From NCBI RefSeq assembly GCF_003018235.1, contig NZ_CP027437.1: DNA of 64,000 nucleotides. One strand, given 5' to 3'. The position numbers were made by a program, and so were the translations under genes. Shown piece after piece: positions 21,308 to 33,222 of this stretch. Source of the stretch: Escherichia coli. Its GTDB lineage: Bacteria > Pseudomonadota > Gammaproteobacteria > Enterobacterales > Enterobacteriaceae. The number at the start of each line of letters is the position of its first letter. Position 1 is the first letter of the stretch. The notes below the pieces were generated by a model, which made no database searches, was not told the origin of the DNA, and saw only the letters and a program-made list of their open reading frames with translations.

Positions 21308-22147
21308 ATGAAAGATAATCCGCTGATCTCAATCTATATGCCAACCTGGAACCGCCAACAACTGGCGATTCGGGCGATAAAATCGGTCCTGCGCCAGGAC
21401 TACAGCAACTGGGAGATGATCATCGTGGATGATTGCTCCACCTCCTGGGAACAACTGCAACAGTACGTCACCGCCCTCAACGATCCGCGTATTACCTACA
21501 TTCACAACGACATTAACAGCGGGGCGTGCGCGGTACGTAACCAGGCGATTATGCTGGCGCAAGGGGAATACATTACCGGGATCGATGACGATGATGAATG
21601 GACGCCCAACCGCCTGAGCGTCTTCCTCGCCCATAAACAGCAACTGGTCACTCACGCCTTTTTGTACGCTAACGACTACGTATGCCAGGGAGAAGTTTAT
21701 TCCCAACCGGCAAGCTTACCACTGTATCCCAAATCGCCGTACTCACGCCGCCTGTTCTATAAACGCAATATCATTGGCAATCAGGTTTTTACCTGGGCGT
21801 GGCGTTTCAAAGAGTGCTTGTTCGATACCGAACTGAAAGCAGCACAGGATTACGACATCTTCCTGCGGATGGTGGTGGAGTATGGCGAACCGTGGAAAGT
21901 GGAAGAGGCGACGCAGATCCTGCATATCAATCACGGTGAAATGCAGATCACCTCGTCACCGAAAAAATTCTCCGGGTACTTCCACTTTTACCGCAAGCAC
22001 AAAGATAAATTTGACCGTGCAAGCAAAAAATATCAGCTGTTTACCCTCTACCAGATCCGCAATAAACGTATGACCTGGCGCACTTTGCTGACGCTGCTGT
22101 CGGTGCGTAACGGCAAACGTCTGGCTGATGGTATTCGGGGGCGCTAA
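21308..22147 (+). CDS. wcaA: Colanic acid GT2 glycosyltransferase WcaA
   Basis: 279-aa ORF; K-12 order and sequence. Confidence 0.92.
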   Translation: MKDNPLISIYMPTWNRQQLAIRAIKSVLRQDYSNWEMIIVDDCSTSWEQLQQYVTALNDPRITYIHNDINSGACAVRNQAIMLAQGEYITGIDDDDEWTPNRLSVFLAHKQQLVTHAFLYANDYVCQGEVYSQPASLPLYPKSPYSRRLFYKRNIIGNQVFTWAWRFKECLFDTELKAAQDYDIFLRMVVEYGEPWKVEEATQILHINHGEMQITSSPKKFSGYFHFYRKHKDKFDRASKKYQLFTLYQIRNKRMTWRTLLTLLSVRNGKRLADGIRGR

Positions 22148-22149
22148 AG

Positions 22150-22638
22150 ATGCTGGAAGATCTGCGTGCCAACAGCTGGAGTTTACGCCCGTGCTGCATG
22201 GTTCTTGCCTATCGTGTTGCTCATTTTTGTTCGGTGTGGCGCAAAAAGAACGTCCTCAACAATCTGTGGGCGGCCCCGCTGCTGGTGCTGTATCGCATTA
22301 TCACCGAATGCTTTTTCGGTTATGAAATCCAGGCTGCCGCGACCATTGGCCGCCGCTTTACTATCCATCACGGTTACGCCGTAGTGATCAATAAAAACGT
22401 GGTGGCGGGGGATGATTTCACCATTCGCCACGGCGTCACTATCGGCAATCGTGGTGCCGATAACATGGCATGTCCACACATTGGCAACGGCGTCGAACTC
22501 GGTGCCAACGTCATTATTCTTGGTGATATCACGCTTGGTAACAACGTCACCGTGGGCGCGGGCAGCGTGGTGCTCGACTCTGTCCCGGACAACGCGCTGG
22601 TGGTGGGAGAAAAAGCGCGAGTGAAGGTAATTAAATGA
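22150..22638 (+). CDS. wcaB: Colanic acid O-acetyltransferase WcaB (hexapeptide repeat)
   Basis: 162-aa ORF with left-handed beta-helix repeats. Confidence 0.92.
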   Translation: MLEDLRANSWSLRPCCMVLAYRVAHFCSVWRKKNVLNNLWAAPLLVLYRIITECFFGYEIQAAATIGRRFTIHHGYAVVINKNVVAGDDFTIRHGVTIGNRGADNMACPHIGNGVELGANVIILGDITLGNNVTVGAGSVVLDSVPDNALVVGEKARVKVIK

Positions 22639-23852
22639 ATATTCTGCAATTTAATGTGCGACTGGCGGAAGGCGGGGCGGCAGGTGTGGCGTTAGATCTC
22701 CATCAGCGTGCGCTGCAACAGGGGCTGGCGTCACATTTTGTCTACGGCTACGGCAAAGGCGGCAAAGAGAGCGTCAGCCATCAGAACTATCCGCAGGTCA
22801 TCAAACATACGCCGCGGATGACCGCGATGGCGAACATTGCGTTGTTTCGTCTGTTTAATCGCGATCTGTTCGGCAATTTCAATGAGTTATATCGCACCAT
22901 TACTCGCACCCCGGGGCCGGTGGTTCTGCATTTTCATGTGCTGCACAGCTACTGGCTAAATCTTAAGAGCGTGGTGCGCTTTTGCGAAAAGGTGAAAAAC
23001 CATAAACCGGATGTCACTCTGGTCTGGACGCTGCACGACCACTGGAGCGTTACCGGGCGCTGCGCCTTTACCGACGGTTGTGAAGGCTGGAAAACGGGCT
23101 GCCAGAAATGCCCGACCTTAAATAACTATCCGCCGGTGAAGATTGATCGCGCGCACCAGCTGGTGGCGGGCAAACGCCAGTTATTTCGTGAGATGCTGGC
23201 GCTGGGCTGTCAGTTTATTTCCCCCAGCCAGCATGTGGCTGACGCTTTCAATAGTCTGTACGGGCCAGGGCGTTGCCGGATTATCAATAATGGTATTGAT
23301 ATGGCAACCGAAGCGATTCTGGCGGACTTGCCTCCGGTGCGCGAAACCCAGGGCAAGCCGAAAATCGCGGTGGTGGCGCATGACCTGCGTTACGACGGCA
23401 AGACTAACCAGCAACTGGTGCGTGAGATGATGGCGCTGGGCGACAAAATTGAACTGCATACCTTCGGTAAGTTCTCGCCGTTCACCGCTGGCAACGTGGT
23501 TAATCACGGCTTTGAAACCGACAAACGTAAGCTGATGAGCGCGCTCAATCAGATGGATGCGCTGGTGTTCAGTTCTCGCGTCGATAACTACCCGCTGATT
23601 TTGTGTGAGGCGCTATCGATTGGCGTGCCGGTGATTGCCACCCATAGCGATGCGGCGCGTGAAGTGCTGCAAAAATCCGGCGGTAAAACCGTCAGTGAAG
23701 AAGAGGTGCTGCAACTGGTGCAGTTAAGCAAACCGGAAATCGCGCAGGCGATATTTGGTACCACGCTGGCTGAGTTCAGCCAACGCAGCCGCGCCGCCTA
23801 CAGTGGACAACAGATGCTGGAGGAGTATGTCAACTTCTATCAGAATCTGTAG
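22635..23852 (+). CDS. wcaC: Colanic acid glycosyltransferase WcaC
   Basis: 405-aa ORF; ATGA overlap with wcaB. Confidence 0.92.
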   Translation: MNILQFNVRLAEGGAAGVALDLHQRALQQGLASHFVYGYGKGGKESVSHQNYPQVIKHTPRMTAMANIALFRLFNRDLFGNFNELYRTITRTPGPVVLHFHVLHSYWLNLKSVVRFCEKVKNHKPDVTLVWTLHDHWSVTGRCAFTDGCEGWKTGCQKCPTLNNYPPVKIDRAHQLVAGKRQLFREMLALGCQFISPSQHVADAFNSLYGPGRCRIINNGIDMATEAILADLPPVRETQGKPKIAVVAHDLRYDGKTNQQLVREMMALGDKIELHTFGKFSPFTAGNVVNHGFETDKRKLMSALNQMDALVFSSRVDNYPLILCEALSIGVPVIATHSDAAREVLQKSGGKTVSEEEVLQLVQLSKPEIAQAIFGTTLAEFSQRSRAAYSGQQMLEEYVNFYQNL

Positions 23853-25047
23853 CTACCTGCTGCTGCCGCTGATCTACCTGCTGGTTAACGTCAAAATCGC
23901 CCAGCTTGGTGAAAGTTTCCCCATCACTATCGTCACTTTTTTACCTGTCTTGTTACTGCTGTTTTTAGAACGCATCAGCGTTAAAAAATTGATGATTGCC
24001 TTAGGGATTGGTGCGGGACTCACGGCGTTTAACTATCTGTTTGGTCAGTCGCTGGATGCCAGTAAATACGTCACATCAACCATGCTGTTTGTCTATATTG
24101 TGATCATTATTGGCATGGTGTGGAGTATTCGTTTTAAAACAATTTCGCCACACAACCATCGCAAGATATTACGTTTCTTTTATCTGGTGGTCGGGCTGGT
24201 GGTGGCGCTGGCGGCGGTGGAGATGGCGCAAATTATCCTCACCGGCGGCAGCAGTATTATGGAGTCGATTTCGAAATATCTGATTTACAGCAACAGCTAT
24301 GTACTGAATTTCATTAAATTCGGCGGCAAGCGCACGACAGCACTTTATTTCGAACCGGCATTTTTCGCTCTGGCATTAATCTCAATTTGGCTCAGCATCA
24401 AACAGTTTGGTATCAAAACGCCTAAAACCGATGCTATGATTCTCGCAGGGATAATATTATCCGGATCGTTTTCAGGGGTTATGACCTTTATCCTGTTTTA
24501 TTTGCTGGAGTGGGCATTCCAATATCTGAATAAAGAGGCGATTAAGAAAAAGTTACCGTTAGCATTGATTTCTCTGGCTGTATTCCTGGTTGGTGTGGTA
24601 ATCGCGTTTCCTTATATTTCCACCCGTCTGGGCGATTTAGGTACGGAAGGATCGTCATCGTATTATCGTATTGTCGGTCCGCTGGTGATGGTCGGTTATT
24701 CTTTGACCCATATTGACGGTGTAGTCAGATTTGGCTCACTTTATGAATATGTCGCATCATTCGGAATATTTAACGGTGCGGATGTCGGAAAAACCATAGA
24801 CAATGGTTTGTATCTGCTGATTATTTATTTTTCCTGGTTCGCGGTGTTTTTATCGCTGTGGTACATGGGGAAAGTGATAAAAATGATGATCAACGCTTTT
24901 GGTGATAACCGCAATTTTCGCGTGCAATTATATCTTTTTACTCCGGTATCGCTGTTTTTTACCGGTTCGATATTTAGCCCGGAATATGCATTTTTAATCG
25001 TCTGTCCGTTTATTTTGCGAAAAGCGTTAAATATACACCCTAAATAA
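23827..25047 (+). CDS. wcaD: Colanic acid polymerase WcaD (Wzy-type)
   Basis: Start at ATG 23827 (MSTSIRICSYLLLPLIYLL) after a GGAGG SD. Polytopic membrane protein. The ORF-track extension overlaps wcaC. Confidence 0.9.
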   Translation: MSTSIRICSYLLLPLIYLLVNVKIAQLGESFPITIVTFLPVLLLLFLERISVKKLMIALGIGAGLTAFNYLFGQSLDASKYVTSTMLFVYIVIIIGMVWSIRFKTISPHNHRKILRFFYLVVGLVVALAAVEMAQIILTGGSSIMESISKYLIYSNSYVLNFIKFGGKRTTALYFEPAFFALALISIWLSIKQFGIKTPKTDAMILAGIILSGSFSGVMTFILFYLLEWAFQYLNKEAIKKKLPLALISLAVFLVGVVIAFPYISTRLGDLGTEGSSSYYRIVGPLVMVGYSLTHIDGVVRFGSLYEYVASFGIFNGADVGKTIDNGLYLLIIYFSWFAVFLSLWYMGKVIKMMINAFGDNRNFRVQLYLFTPVSLFFTGSIFSPEYAFLIVCPFILRKALNIHPK

Positions 25048-25127
25048 TTCGAGTTGCAGGAAGTTGGTGAGCGAGGAAAACCAACGCACATGCAGCTTGA
25101 AGTATGACGGGGATAACGAGGTAAAAC

Positions 25128-25874
25128 ATGTTGCTTAGCATAATCACTGTCGCGTTTCGTAACCTCGAAGGGATAGTCAAAACACATGCCTCGCTGGCGC
25201 ATCTGGCGCAGGCGGAAGATATCAGCTTCGAATGGATTGTTGTCGATGGCGGTTCCAATGACGGCACCCGTGAGTACCTGGAAAATCTAAATGGTATCTA
25301 TAACCTACGCTTTGTCAGCGAGCCAGATAACGGTATCTACGACGCCATGAACAAAGGCATTGCGATGGCACAAGGCAAGTTCGCGTTGTTTCTCAACTCG
25401 GGCGATATTTTTCATCAGGATGCCGCAAATTTTGTCCGTAAGTTAAAAATGCAAAAAGATAACGTGATGATCACCGGCGATGCGCTGCTGGATTTTGGCG
25501 ACGGGCATAAAATTAAACGTAGCGCCAAACCGGGTTGGTATATTTATCACAGCCTGCCCGCCAGTCATCAGGCGATATTTTTCCCGGTATCCGGCCTGAA
25601 AAAATGGCGTTATGACCTGGAATATAAAGTTTCTTCCGATTACGCGCTGGCAGCCAAAATGTATAAAGCCGGTTATGCATTTAAAAAACTCAATGGCCTG
25701 GTGTCTGAATTTTCTATGGGTGGGGTATCAACCACCAATAATATGGAATTGTGTGCTGACGCCAAAAAAGTCCAACGGCAGATATTACATGTACCTGGCT
25801 TCTGGGCAGAATTATCCTGGCATTTACGCCAACGTACGACAGGTAAGACTAAAGCCTTATATAACAAAGTCTGA
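25128..25874 (+). CDS. wcaE: Colanic acid GT2 glycosyltransferase WcaE
   Basis: 248-aa ORF. Confidence 0.92.
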   Translation: MLLSIITVAFRNLEGIVKTHASLAHLAQAEDISFEWIVVDGGSNDGTREYLENLNGIYNLRFVSEPDNGIYDAMNKGIAMAQGKFALFLNSGDIFHQDAANFVRKLKMQKDNVMITGDALLDFGDGHKIKRSAKPGWYIYHSLPASHQAIFFPVSGLKKWRYDLEYKVSSDYALAAKMYKAGYAFKKLNGLVSEFSMGGVSTTNNMELCADAKKVQRQILHVPGFWAELSWHLRQRTTGKTKALYNKV

Positions 25875-25889
25875 ATATAAGGAATACCA

Positions 25890-26438
25890 ATGCAAGATTT
25901 AAGCAGTTTCTCGGTGCCGAAAGGGTTCCGGGGCGGCAACGCTATTAAAGTGCAATTGTGGTGGGCAGTACAGGCAACATTATTTGCCTGGTCGCCACAA
26001 GTATTGTATCGCTGGCGGGCATTTTTATTACGTTTATTCGGCGCAAAAATAGGAAAAAACGTAGTTATTCGTCCGTCAGTAAAAATTACCTATCCGTGGA
26101 AATTAACCTTAGGTGATTACGCGTGGGTCGGCGATGACGTCAATTTATATACCCTCGGTGAAATAACCATTGGCGCATATTCGGTGATATCGCAAAAAAG
26201 TTATTTATGCACCGGGAGCCACGACCATGCAAGTCAACATTTCACCATTAACGCCACGCCTATTGTGATTGGCGAGAAATGCTGGCTGGCAACCGATGTT
26301 TTTGTTGCCCCAGGCGTCACGATTGGCGACGGCACCGTCGTGGGTGCGCGAAGCAGTGTTTTTAAATCGCTTCCGGCAAATGTGGTTTGCCGGGGGAATC
26401 CCGCAGTGGTGATACGCAAACGCGTTGAAACTGAATAA
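25890..26438 (+). CDS. wcaF: Colanic acid O-acetyltransferase WcaF
   Basis: 182-aa ORF with hexapeptide repeats. Confidence 0.92.
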   Translation: MQDLSSFSVPKGFRGGNAIKVQLWWAVQATLFAWSPQVLYRWRAFLLRLFGAKIGKNVVIRPSVKITYPWKLTLGDYAWVGDDVNLYTLGEITIGAYSVISQKSYLCTGSHDHASQHFTINATPIVIGEKCWLATDVFVAPGVTIGDGTVVGARSSVFKSLPANVVCRGNPAVVIRKRVETE

Positions 26439-26465
26439 ATTCAAAAAAATACAGAGGAATAAGAC

Positions 26466-27587
26466 ATGTCAAAAGTCGCTCTCATCACCGGTGTAACCGG
26501 ACAAGACGGTTCTTACCTGGCAGAGTTTCTGCTGGAAAAAGGTTACGAGGTGCATGGTATTAAGCGTCGTGCATCGTCATTCAACACCGAGCGCGTGGAT
26601 CACATTTATCAGGATCCGCACACCTGCAACCCGAAATTCCATCTGCATTATGGCGACCTGAGTGATACCTCCAACCTGACGCGCATTTTGCGTGAAGTGC
26701 AGCCGGATGAAGTGTACAACCTGGGCGCAATGAGCCACGTTGCGGTCTCTTTTGAGTCACCGGAATATACCGCTGACGTCGACGCGATGGGTACGCTGCG
26801 CCTGCTCGAGGCGATCCGCTTCCTCGGTCTGGAAAAGAAAACCCGTTTCTATCAGGCTTCCACCTCTGAACTGTATGGTCTGGTGCAGGAAATTCCGCAG
26901 AAAGAAACCACGCCGTTCTACCCGCGATCTCCGTATGCGGTCGCCAAACTGTACGCCTACTGGATCACCGTTAACTACCGCGAATCCTACGGCATGTACG
27001 CCTGTAACGGTATTCTCTTCAACCATGAATCCCCGCGCCGCGGCGAAACCTTCGTTACCCGCAAAATTACCCGCGCAATCGCCAACATCGCCCAGGGGCT
27101 GGAGTCGTGCCTGTACCTCGGCAATATGGATTCCCTGCGTGACTGGGGCCATGCCAAAGACTACGTAAAAATGCAGTGGATGATGCTGCAACAGGAACAG
27201 CCGGAAGATTTCGTTATCGCGACCGGCGTTCAGTACTCCGTGCGTCAGTTCGTGGAAATGGCGGCAGCACAGCTGGGCATCAAACTGCGCTTTGAAGGCA
27301 CGGGCGTTGAAGAGAAGGGCATTGTGGTTTCCGTCACCGGGCATGACGCGCCGGGCGTTAAACCGGGCGATGTGATTATCGCCGTTGACCCGCGTTACTT
27401 CCGTCCGGCAGAAGTTGAAACGCTGCTCGGCGACCCGACCAAAGCGCACGAAAAACTGGGCTGGAAACCGGAAATCACCCTCAGAGAGATGGTGTCTGAA
27501 ATGGTGGCTAATGACCTCGAAGCGGCGAAAAAACACTCTCTGCTGAAATCTCACGGCTACGACGTGGCGATCGCGCTGGAGTCATAA
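26466..27587 (+). CDS. gmd: GDP-mannose 4,6-dehydratase
   Basis: 373-aa ORF starting [31 protein letters not shown]. Confidence 0.96.
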
Positions 27588-27589
27588 GC

Positions 27590-28555
27590 ATGAGTAGACA
27601 ACGCATTTTTATTGCTGGCCATCGCGGGATGGTCGGTTCCGCCATCAGGCGGCAGCTCGAACAGCGCGGTGATGTGGAGCTGGTATTACGCACCCGCGAC
27701 GAGCTGAACCTGCTGGACAGCCGCGCCGTGCATGATTTCTTTGCCAGCGAACGTATTGACCAGGTCTATCTGGCGGCGGCGAAAGTGGGCGGCATTGTTG
27801 CCAACAACACGTATCCGGCGGATTTCATCTATCAGAACATGATGATTGAGAGCAACATCATTCACGCCGCGCATCAGAACGACGTGAACAAACTGCTGTT
27901 TCTCGGATCGTCCTGTATCTACCCGAAACTGGCAAAACAGCCGATGGCAGAAAGCGAGTTATTGCAGGGCACGCTGGAGCCGACCAACGAGCCTTACGCC
28001 ATTGCCAAAATCGCCGGGATCAAACTGTGCGAATCTTACAACCGCCAGTATGGACGCGATTACCGCTCGGTCATGCCGACCAACCTGTATGGCCCGCATG
28101 ACAACTTCCACCCGAGTAATTCGCATGTGATCCCTGCATTGCTGCGTCGCTTCCACGAGGCGACGGCACAGAATGCGCCGGACGTGGTGGTGTGGGGCAG
28201 CGGTACACCGATGCGCGAATTTCTGCACGTCGATGATATGGCGGCGGCGAGCATTCATGTGATGGAGCTGGCGCATGAAGTCTGGCTGGAGAACACCCAA
28301 CCGATGCTGTCGCACATTAACGTCGGCACGGGCGTTGACTGCACTATCCGCGAGCTGGCGCAAACCATCGCCAAAGTGGTGGGTTACAAAGGGCGGGTGG
28401 TTTTTGATGCCAGCAAACCAGATGGCACACCGCGCAAACTGCTGGATGTGACGCGCCTGCATCAGCTTGGCTGGTATCACGAAATCTCACTGGAAGCGGG
28501 GCTTGCCAGCACTTACCAGTGGTTCCTTGAGAATCAAGACCGCTTTCGGGGGTAA
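27590..28555 (+). CDS. fcl: GDP-L-fucose synthase
   Basis: 321-aa ORF with [13 protein letters not shown]ossmann motif. Confidence 0.96.
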   Translation: MSRQRIFIAGHRGMVGSAIRRQLEQRGDVELVLRTRDELNLLDSRAVHDFFASERIDQVYLAAAKVGGIVANNTYPADFIYQNMMIESNIIHAAHQNDVNKLLFLGSSCIYPKLAKQPMAESELLQGTLEPTNEPYAIAKIAGIKLCESYNRQYGRDYRSVMPTNLYGPHDNFHPSNSHVIPALLRRFHEATAQNAPDVVVWGSGTPMREFLHVDDMAAASIHVMELAHEVWLENTQPMLSHINVGTGVDCTIRELAQTIAKVVGYKGRVVFDASKPDGTPRKLLDVTRLHQLGWYHEISLEAGLASTYQWFLENQDRFRG

Positions 28556-29037
28556 TGATGTTTTTACGTCAGGAAGACTTTGCCACTGTAGTGCGCTCCA
28601 CTCCGCTTGTCTCTCTCGACTTTATTGTCGAGAACAGTCGCGGCGAGTTTCTGCTTGGCAAAAGAACCAACCGCCCGGCGCAGGGTTACTGGTTTGTGCC
28701 GGGAGGGCGCGTGCAGAAAGACGAAACGCTGGAAGCCGCATTTGAGCGGCTGACGATGGCGGAACTGGGGCTGCGTTTGCCGATAACAGCAGGCCAGTTT
28801 TACGGTGTCTGGCAGCACTTTTATGACGATAACTTCTCCGGCACGGATTTCACCACTCACTATGTGGTGCTCGGTTTTCGCTTCAGAGTCGCTGAAGAAG
28901 ATCTGCTACTGCCGGATGAGCAGCATGACGATTACCGCTGGCTGACGCCGGACGCGCTGCTCGCCAGTAACGATGTTCACGCTAACAGCCGCGCCTATTT
29001 TCTCGCTGAGAAGCGAGCCGGAGTACCCGGATTATGA
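28555..29037 (+). CDS. gmm: GDP-mannose mannosyl hydrolase (Nudix)
   Basis: 160-aa ORF; the second ATG at 28558 gives the 159-aa K-12 form. Nudix box [23 protein letters not shown]. Confidence 0.93.
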   Translation: MMFLRQEDFATVVRSTPLVSLDFIVENSRGEFLLGKRTNRPAQGYWFVPGGRVQKDETLEAAFERLTMAELGLRLPITAGQFYGVWQHFYDDNFSGTDFTTHYVVLGFRFRVAEEDLLLPDEQHDDYRWLTPDALLASNDVHANSRAYFLAEKRAGVPGL

Positions 29038-30257
29038 AAATACTGGTCTACGGCATTAACTACTCGCCGGAGTTAACGGGCATCGGCAAATACACCGGAG
29101 AGATGGTGGAATGGCTTGCGGCACAAGGTCATGAGGTGCGGGTCATTACCGCACCGCCTTACTACCCGCAATGGCAGGTGGGTGAGAACTATTCCGCCTG
29201 GCGCTACAAACGAGAAGATGGGGCCGCCACGGTGTGGCGCTGCCCGCTGTACGTGCCAAAACAGCTGAGCACCCTGAAACGCTTGTTGCATCTCGGCAGT
29301 TTTGCCGTCAGCAGTTTCTTTCCACTGATGGCGCAACGTCGCTGGAAGCCGGATCGCATTATTGGCGTAGTGCCAACGCTGTTTTGCACGCCGGGAATGC
29401 GCCTGCTGGCGAAGCTCTCTGGTGCGCGTACCGTGCTGCATATTCAGGATTACGAAGTGGACGCCATGCTGGGGCTGGGCCTTGCCGGAAAAGGCAAAGG
29501 CGGCAAAGTGGCACAGCTGGCAACGGCGTTCGAACGTAGCGGACTGCATAACATCGATAACGTCTCCACGATTTCGCGTTCGATGATGAATAAAGCCATC
29601 GAAAAAGGCGTGGCGGCGGATAACGTCATTTTCTTCCCCAACTGGTCGGAAATTGCCCGTTTTCAGCATGTTGCAGACGCCGATGTTGATGCCCTTCGTA
29701 ACCAGCTTGGCCTGCCGGATAACAAAAAAATCATTCTTTACTCCGGCAATATTGGTGAAAAGCAGGGGCTGGAAAACGTTATTGAAGCTGCCGATCGTCT
29801 GCGCGATGAACCGCTGATTTTTGCCATTGTCGGGCAGGGCGGCGGCAAAGCGCGGCTGGAAAAAATGGCGCAGCAGCGTGGACTGCGCAACATGCAATTT
29901 TTCCCGCTGCAATCGTATGACGCTTTACCCGCACTGCTGAAGATGGGCGATTGCCATCTGGTGGTGCAAAAACGCGGCGCGGCAGATGCCGTATTGCCGT
30001 CGAAACTGACCAATATTCTGGCGGTAGGCGGTAACGCGGTGATTACTGCTGAAGCCCACACAGAACTGGGACAGCTTTGCGAAACCTTTCCGGGCATTGC
30101 GGTTTGCGTAGAACCGGAATCGGTCGAGGCGCTGGTGGCGGGGATTTGCCAGGCGCTCCTGCTGCCCAAACACAACACGGTGGCACGTGAATATGCCGAA
30201 CGCACGCTCGATAAAGAGAACGTGTTACGTCAATTTATAAATGATATTCGGGGATAA
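29034..30257 (+). CDS. wcaI: Colanic acid GT4 glycosyltransferase WcaI
   Basis: 407-aa ORF. Confidence 0.92.
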   Translation: MKILVYGINYSPELTGIGKYTGEMVEWLAAQGHEVRVITAPPYYPQWQVGENYSAWRYKREDGAATVWRCPLYVPKQLSTLKRLLHLGSFAVSSFFPLMAQRRWKPDRIIGVVPTLFCTPGMRLLAKLSGARTVLHIQDYEVDAMLGLGLAGKGKGGKVAQLATAFERSGLHNIDNVSTISRSMMNKAIEKGVAADNVIFFPNWSEIARFQHVADADVDALRNQLGLPDNKKIILYSGNIGEKQGLENVIEAADRLRDEPLIFAIVGQGGGKARLEKMAQQRGLRNMQFFPLQSYDALPALLKMGDCHLVVQKRGAADAVLPSKLTNILAVGGNAVITAEAHTELGQLCETFPGIAVCVEPESVEALVAGICQALLLPKHNTVAREYAERTLDKENVLRQFINDIRG

Positions 30258-30259
30258 TT

Positions 30260-31696
30260 ATGGCGCAGTCGAAACTCTATCCAGTTGTGATGGCAGGTGG
30301 CTCCGGTAGCCGCTTATGGCCGCTTTCCCGCGTACTTTACCCCAAGCAGTTTTTATGCCTGAAAGGCGATCTCACCATGCTGCAAACCACCATCTGCCGC
30401 TTGAACGGCGTGGAGTGCGAAAGCCCGGTGGTGATTTGCAATGAGCAGCACCGCTTTATTGTCGCGGAACAGCTGCGTCAACTGAACAAACTCACCGAGA
30501 ACATTATTCTCGAACCGGCAGGGCGTAACACTGCACCGGCCATTGCGCTGGCGGCGCTGGCGGCAAAACGTCATAGCCCGGAGAGCGACCCGTTAATGCT
30601 GGTGCTGGCGGCGGATCATGTGATTGCCGATGAAGACGCATTCCGCGCCGCCGTGCGTAACGCCATGCCGTATGCCGAAGCAGGCAAGCTGGTGACCTTC
30701 GGCATTGTGCCGGATCTACCTGAAACCGGATATGGCTATATTCGTCGCGGTGAAGTGTCTGCGGGTGAGCAGGATACGGTGGCCTTTGAAGTGGCGCAGT
30801 TTGTCGAAAAACCGAATCTGGAAACCGCTCAGGCCTATGTGGCAAGCGGCGAATATTACTGGAACAGCGGTATGTTCCTGTTCCGCGCCGGACGCTATCT
30901 CGAAGAACTGAAAAAATATCGCCCGGATATTCTCGATGCCTGTGAAAAAGCGATGAGCGCCGTCGATCCGGATCTCGATTTTATTCGCGTGGATGAAGAA
31001 GCGTTTCTCGCCTGCCCGGAAGAGTCGGTGGATTACGCGGTCATGGAACGTACGGCAGATGCCGTTGTGGTGCCGATGGATGCGGGCTGGAGCGATGTCG
31101 GTTCCTGGTCTTCATTATGGGAGATCAGCGCCCACACCGCCGAGGGCAACGTTTGCCACGGCGATGTGATTAATCACAAAACTGAAAACAGCTACGTGTA
31201 TGCCGAATCTGGCCTTGTCACCACCGTCGGGGTGAAAGATTTGGTGGTAGTGCAGACCAAAGATGCGGTGCTGATTGCTGACCGTAACGCGGTGCAGGAT
31301 GTGAAAAAAGTGGTCGAGCAGATCAAAGCCGATGGTCGCCATGAGCATCGGGTGCATCGCGAAGTGTATCGTCCGTGGGGCAAATATGACTCTATCGACG
31401 CGGGCGACCGCTACCAGGTGAAACGCATCACCGTGAAACCGGGCGAAGGCTTGTCGGTACAGATGCATCATCACCGCGCGGAACACTGGGTGGTTGTCGC
31501 GGGAACGGCAAAAGTCACTATCGACGGTGATATCAAACTGCTTGGTGAAAACGAGTCGATTTATATTCCGCTGGGGGCGACGCACTGCCTGGAAAATCCG
31601 GGGAAAATTCCGCTCGATTTAATTGAAGTGCGCTCCGGCTCTTATCTCGAAGAGGATGATGTGGTGCGCTTCGCGGATCGCTACGGACGGGTGTAG
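30260..31696 (+). CDS. cpsB: Mannose-1-phosphate guanylyltransferase
   Basis: 478-aa ORF with [16 protein letters not shown]. Confidence 0.95.
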   Translation: MAQSKLYPVVMAGGSGSRLWPLSRVLYPKQFLCLKGDLTMLQTTICRLNGVECESPVVICNEQHRFIVAEQLRQLNKLTENIILEPAGRNTAPAIALAALAAKRHSPESDPLMLVLAADHVIADEDAFRAAVRNAMPYAEAGKLVTFGIVPDLPETGYGYIRRGEVSAGEQDTVAFEVAQFVEKPNLETAQAYVASGEYYWNSGMFLFRAGRYLEELKKYRPDILDACEKAMSAVDPDLDFIRVDEEAFLACPEESVDYAVMERTADAVVVPMDAGWSDVGSWSSLWEISAHTAEGNVCHGDVINHKTENSYVYAESGLVTTVGVKDLVVVQTKDAVLIADRNAVQDVKKVVEQIKADGRHEHRVHREVYRPWGKYDSIDAGDRYQVKRITVKPGEGLSVQMHHHRAEHWVVVAGTAKVTIDGDIKLLGENESIYIPLGATHCLENPGKIPLDLIEVRSGSYLEEDDVVRFADRYGRV

Positions 31697-31797
31697 CAGT
31701 TGAATAATCAACCGGAATAAATCTCCGGCAAATAACGACAAAAACAAAATTGGCCGCTTCGGTCAGGGCCAACTATTGCCTGAAAAAGGGTAACGAC

Positions 31798-33168
31798 ATG
31801 AAAAAATTAACCTGCTTTAAAGCCTATGATATTCGCGGGAAATTAGGCGAAGAACTGAATGAAGATATTGCCTGGCGCATTGGTCGCGCCTATGGCGAAT
31901 TTCTCAAACCGAAAACCATTGTATTAGGCGGTGATGTCCGCCTCACCAGCGAAACCTTAAAACTGGCGCTGGCGAAAGGTTTACAGGATGCGGGCGTCGA
32001 TGTGCTGGATATCGGCATGTCCGGCACAGAAGAGATCTATTTCGCCACGTTCCATCTCGGCGTGGATGGCGGCATCGAAGTTACTGCCAGCCATAACCCG
32101 ATGGATTATAACGGCATGAAACTGGTGCGCGAAGGGGCTCGCCCGATCAGCGGCGATACCGGACTGCGCGACGTCCAGCGTTTGGCTGAAGCCAACGACT
32201 TTCCCCCCGTCGATGAAACCAAACGCGGTCGCTATCAGCAAATCAACCTGCGTGATGCTTACGTTGATCACCTGTTCGGTTATATCAACGTCAAAAACCT
32301 TACGCCGCTCAAGCTGGTGATCAACTCCGGAAACGGTGCGGCGGGTCCGGTGGTGGACGCCATTGAAGCCCGCTTTAAAGCCCTCGGCGCACCGGTGGAA
32401 TTAATCAAAGTGCACAACACGCCGGACGGCAATTTCCCCAACGGTATTCCTAACCCGCTGCTGCCGGAATGCCGCGACGACACCCGCAATGCGGTCATCA
32501 AACACGGCGCGGATATGGGCATTGCCTTTGATGGCGATTTTGACCGCTGTTTTCTGTTTGACGAAAAAGGGCAGTTTATCGAGGGCTACTACATTGTCGG
32601 CCTGCTGGCAGAAGCGTTCCTCGAAAAAAATCCCGGCGCGAAGATCATCCACGATCCACGTCTCTCCTGGAACACCGTTGATGTGGTGACTGCCGCAGGC
32701 GGCACTCCGGTGATGTCGAAAACCGGACACGCCTTTATTAAAGAACGTATGCGCAAGGAAGACGCCATCTACGGTGGCGAAATGAGCGCCCACCACTATT
32801 TCCGTGATTTTGCTTACTGCGACAGCGGCATGATCCCGTGGCTGCTGGTCGCCGAACTGGTGTGCCTGAAAGGAAAAACGCTGGGCGAACTGGTGCGCGA
32901 CCGGATGGCAGCGTTTCCGGCAAGCGGTGAGATCAACAGCAAACTGGCGCACCCCGTTGAGGCGATTAACCGCGTCGAACAGCATTTTAGCCGTGAGGCG
33001 CTGGCGGTGGATCGCACCGATGGCATCAGCATGACCTTTGCCGACTGGCGTTTTAACCTGCGCTCCTCCAACACCGAACCGGTGGTGCGGTTGAATGTGG
33101 AATCGCGCGGTGATGTGCCGCTGATGGAAGCGCGAACGCGAACTCTGCTGACGTTGCTGAACGAGTAA
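31798..33168 (+). CDS. cpsG: Phosphomannomutase
   Basis: Start at ATG 31798 ([14 protein letters not shown]), 456 aa. Active-site TASHNP. Confidence 0.95.
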   Translation: MKKLTCFKAYDIRGKLGEELNEDIAWRIGRAYGEFLKPKTIVLGGDVRLTSETLKLALAKGLQDAGVDVLDIGMSGTEEIYFATFHLGVDGGIEVTASHNPMDYNGMKLVREGARPISGDTGLRDVQRLAEANDFPPVDETKRGRYQQINLRDAYVDHLFGYINVKNLTPLKLVINSGNGAAGPVVDAIEARFKALGAPVELIKVHNTPDGNFPNGIPNPLLPECRDDTRNAVIKHGADMGIAFDGDFDRCFLFDEKGQFIEGYYIVGLLAEAFLEKNPGAKIIHDPRLSWNTVDVVTAAGGTPVMSKTGHAFIKERMRKEDAIYGGEMSAHHYFRDFAYCDSGMIPWLLVAELVCLKGKTLGELVRDRMAAFPASGEINSKLAHPVEAINRVEQHFSREALAVDRTDGISMTFADWRFNLRSSNTEPVVRLNVESRGDVPLMEARTRTLLTLLNE

Positions 33169-33222
33169 TGTCGGATCTTCCCTTACCCCATTGCGGGTAA
33201 GGGGCTAATAACAGGAACAACG

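Noticed and set aside
26757..27554. 265-aa minus-strand ORF opposite gmd; similarly 29073-29912 opposite wcaI, 32401-32985 opposite cpsG and 36813-37535 opposite wcaK
   Set aside because: Shadow ORFs in high-GC colanic acid genes. The sense-strand products are unambiguous.
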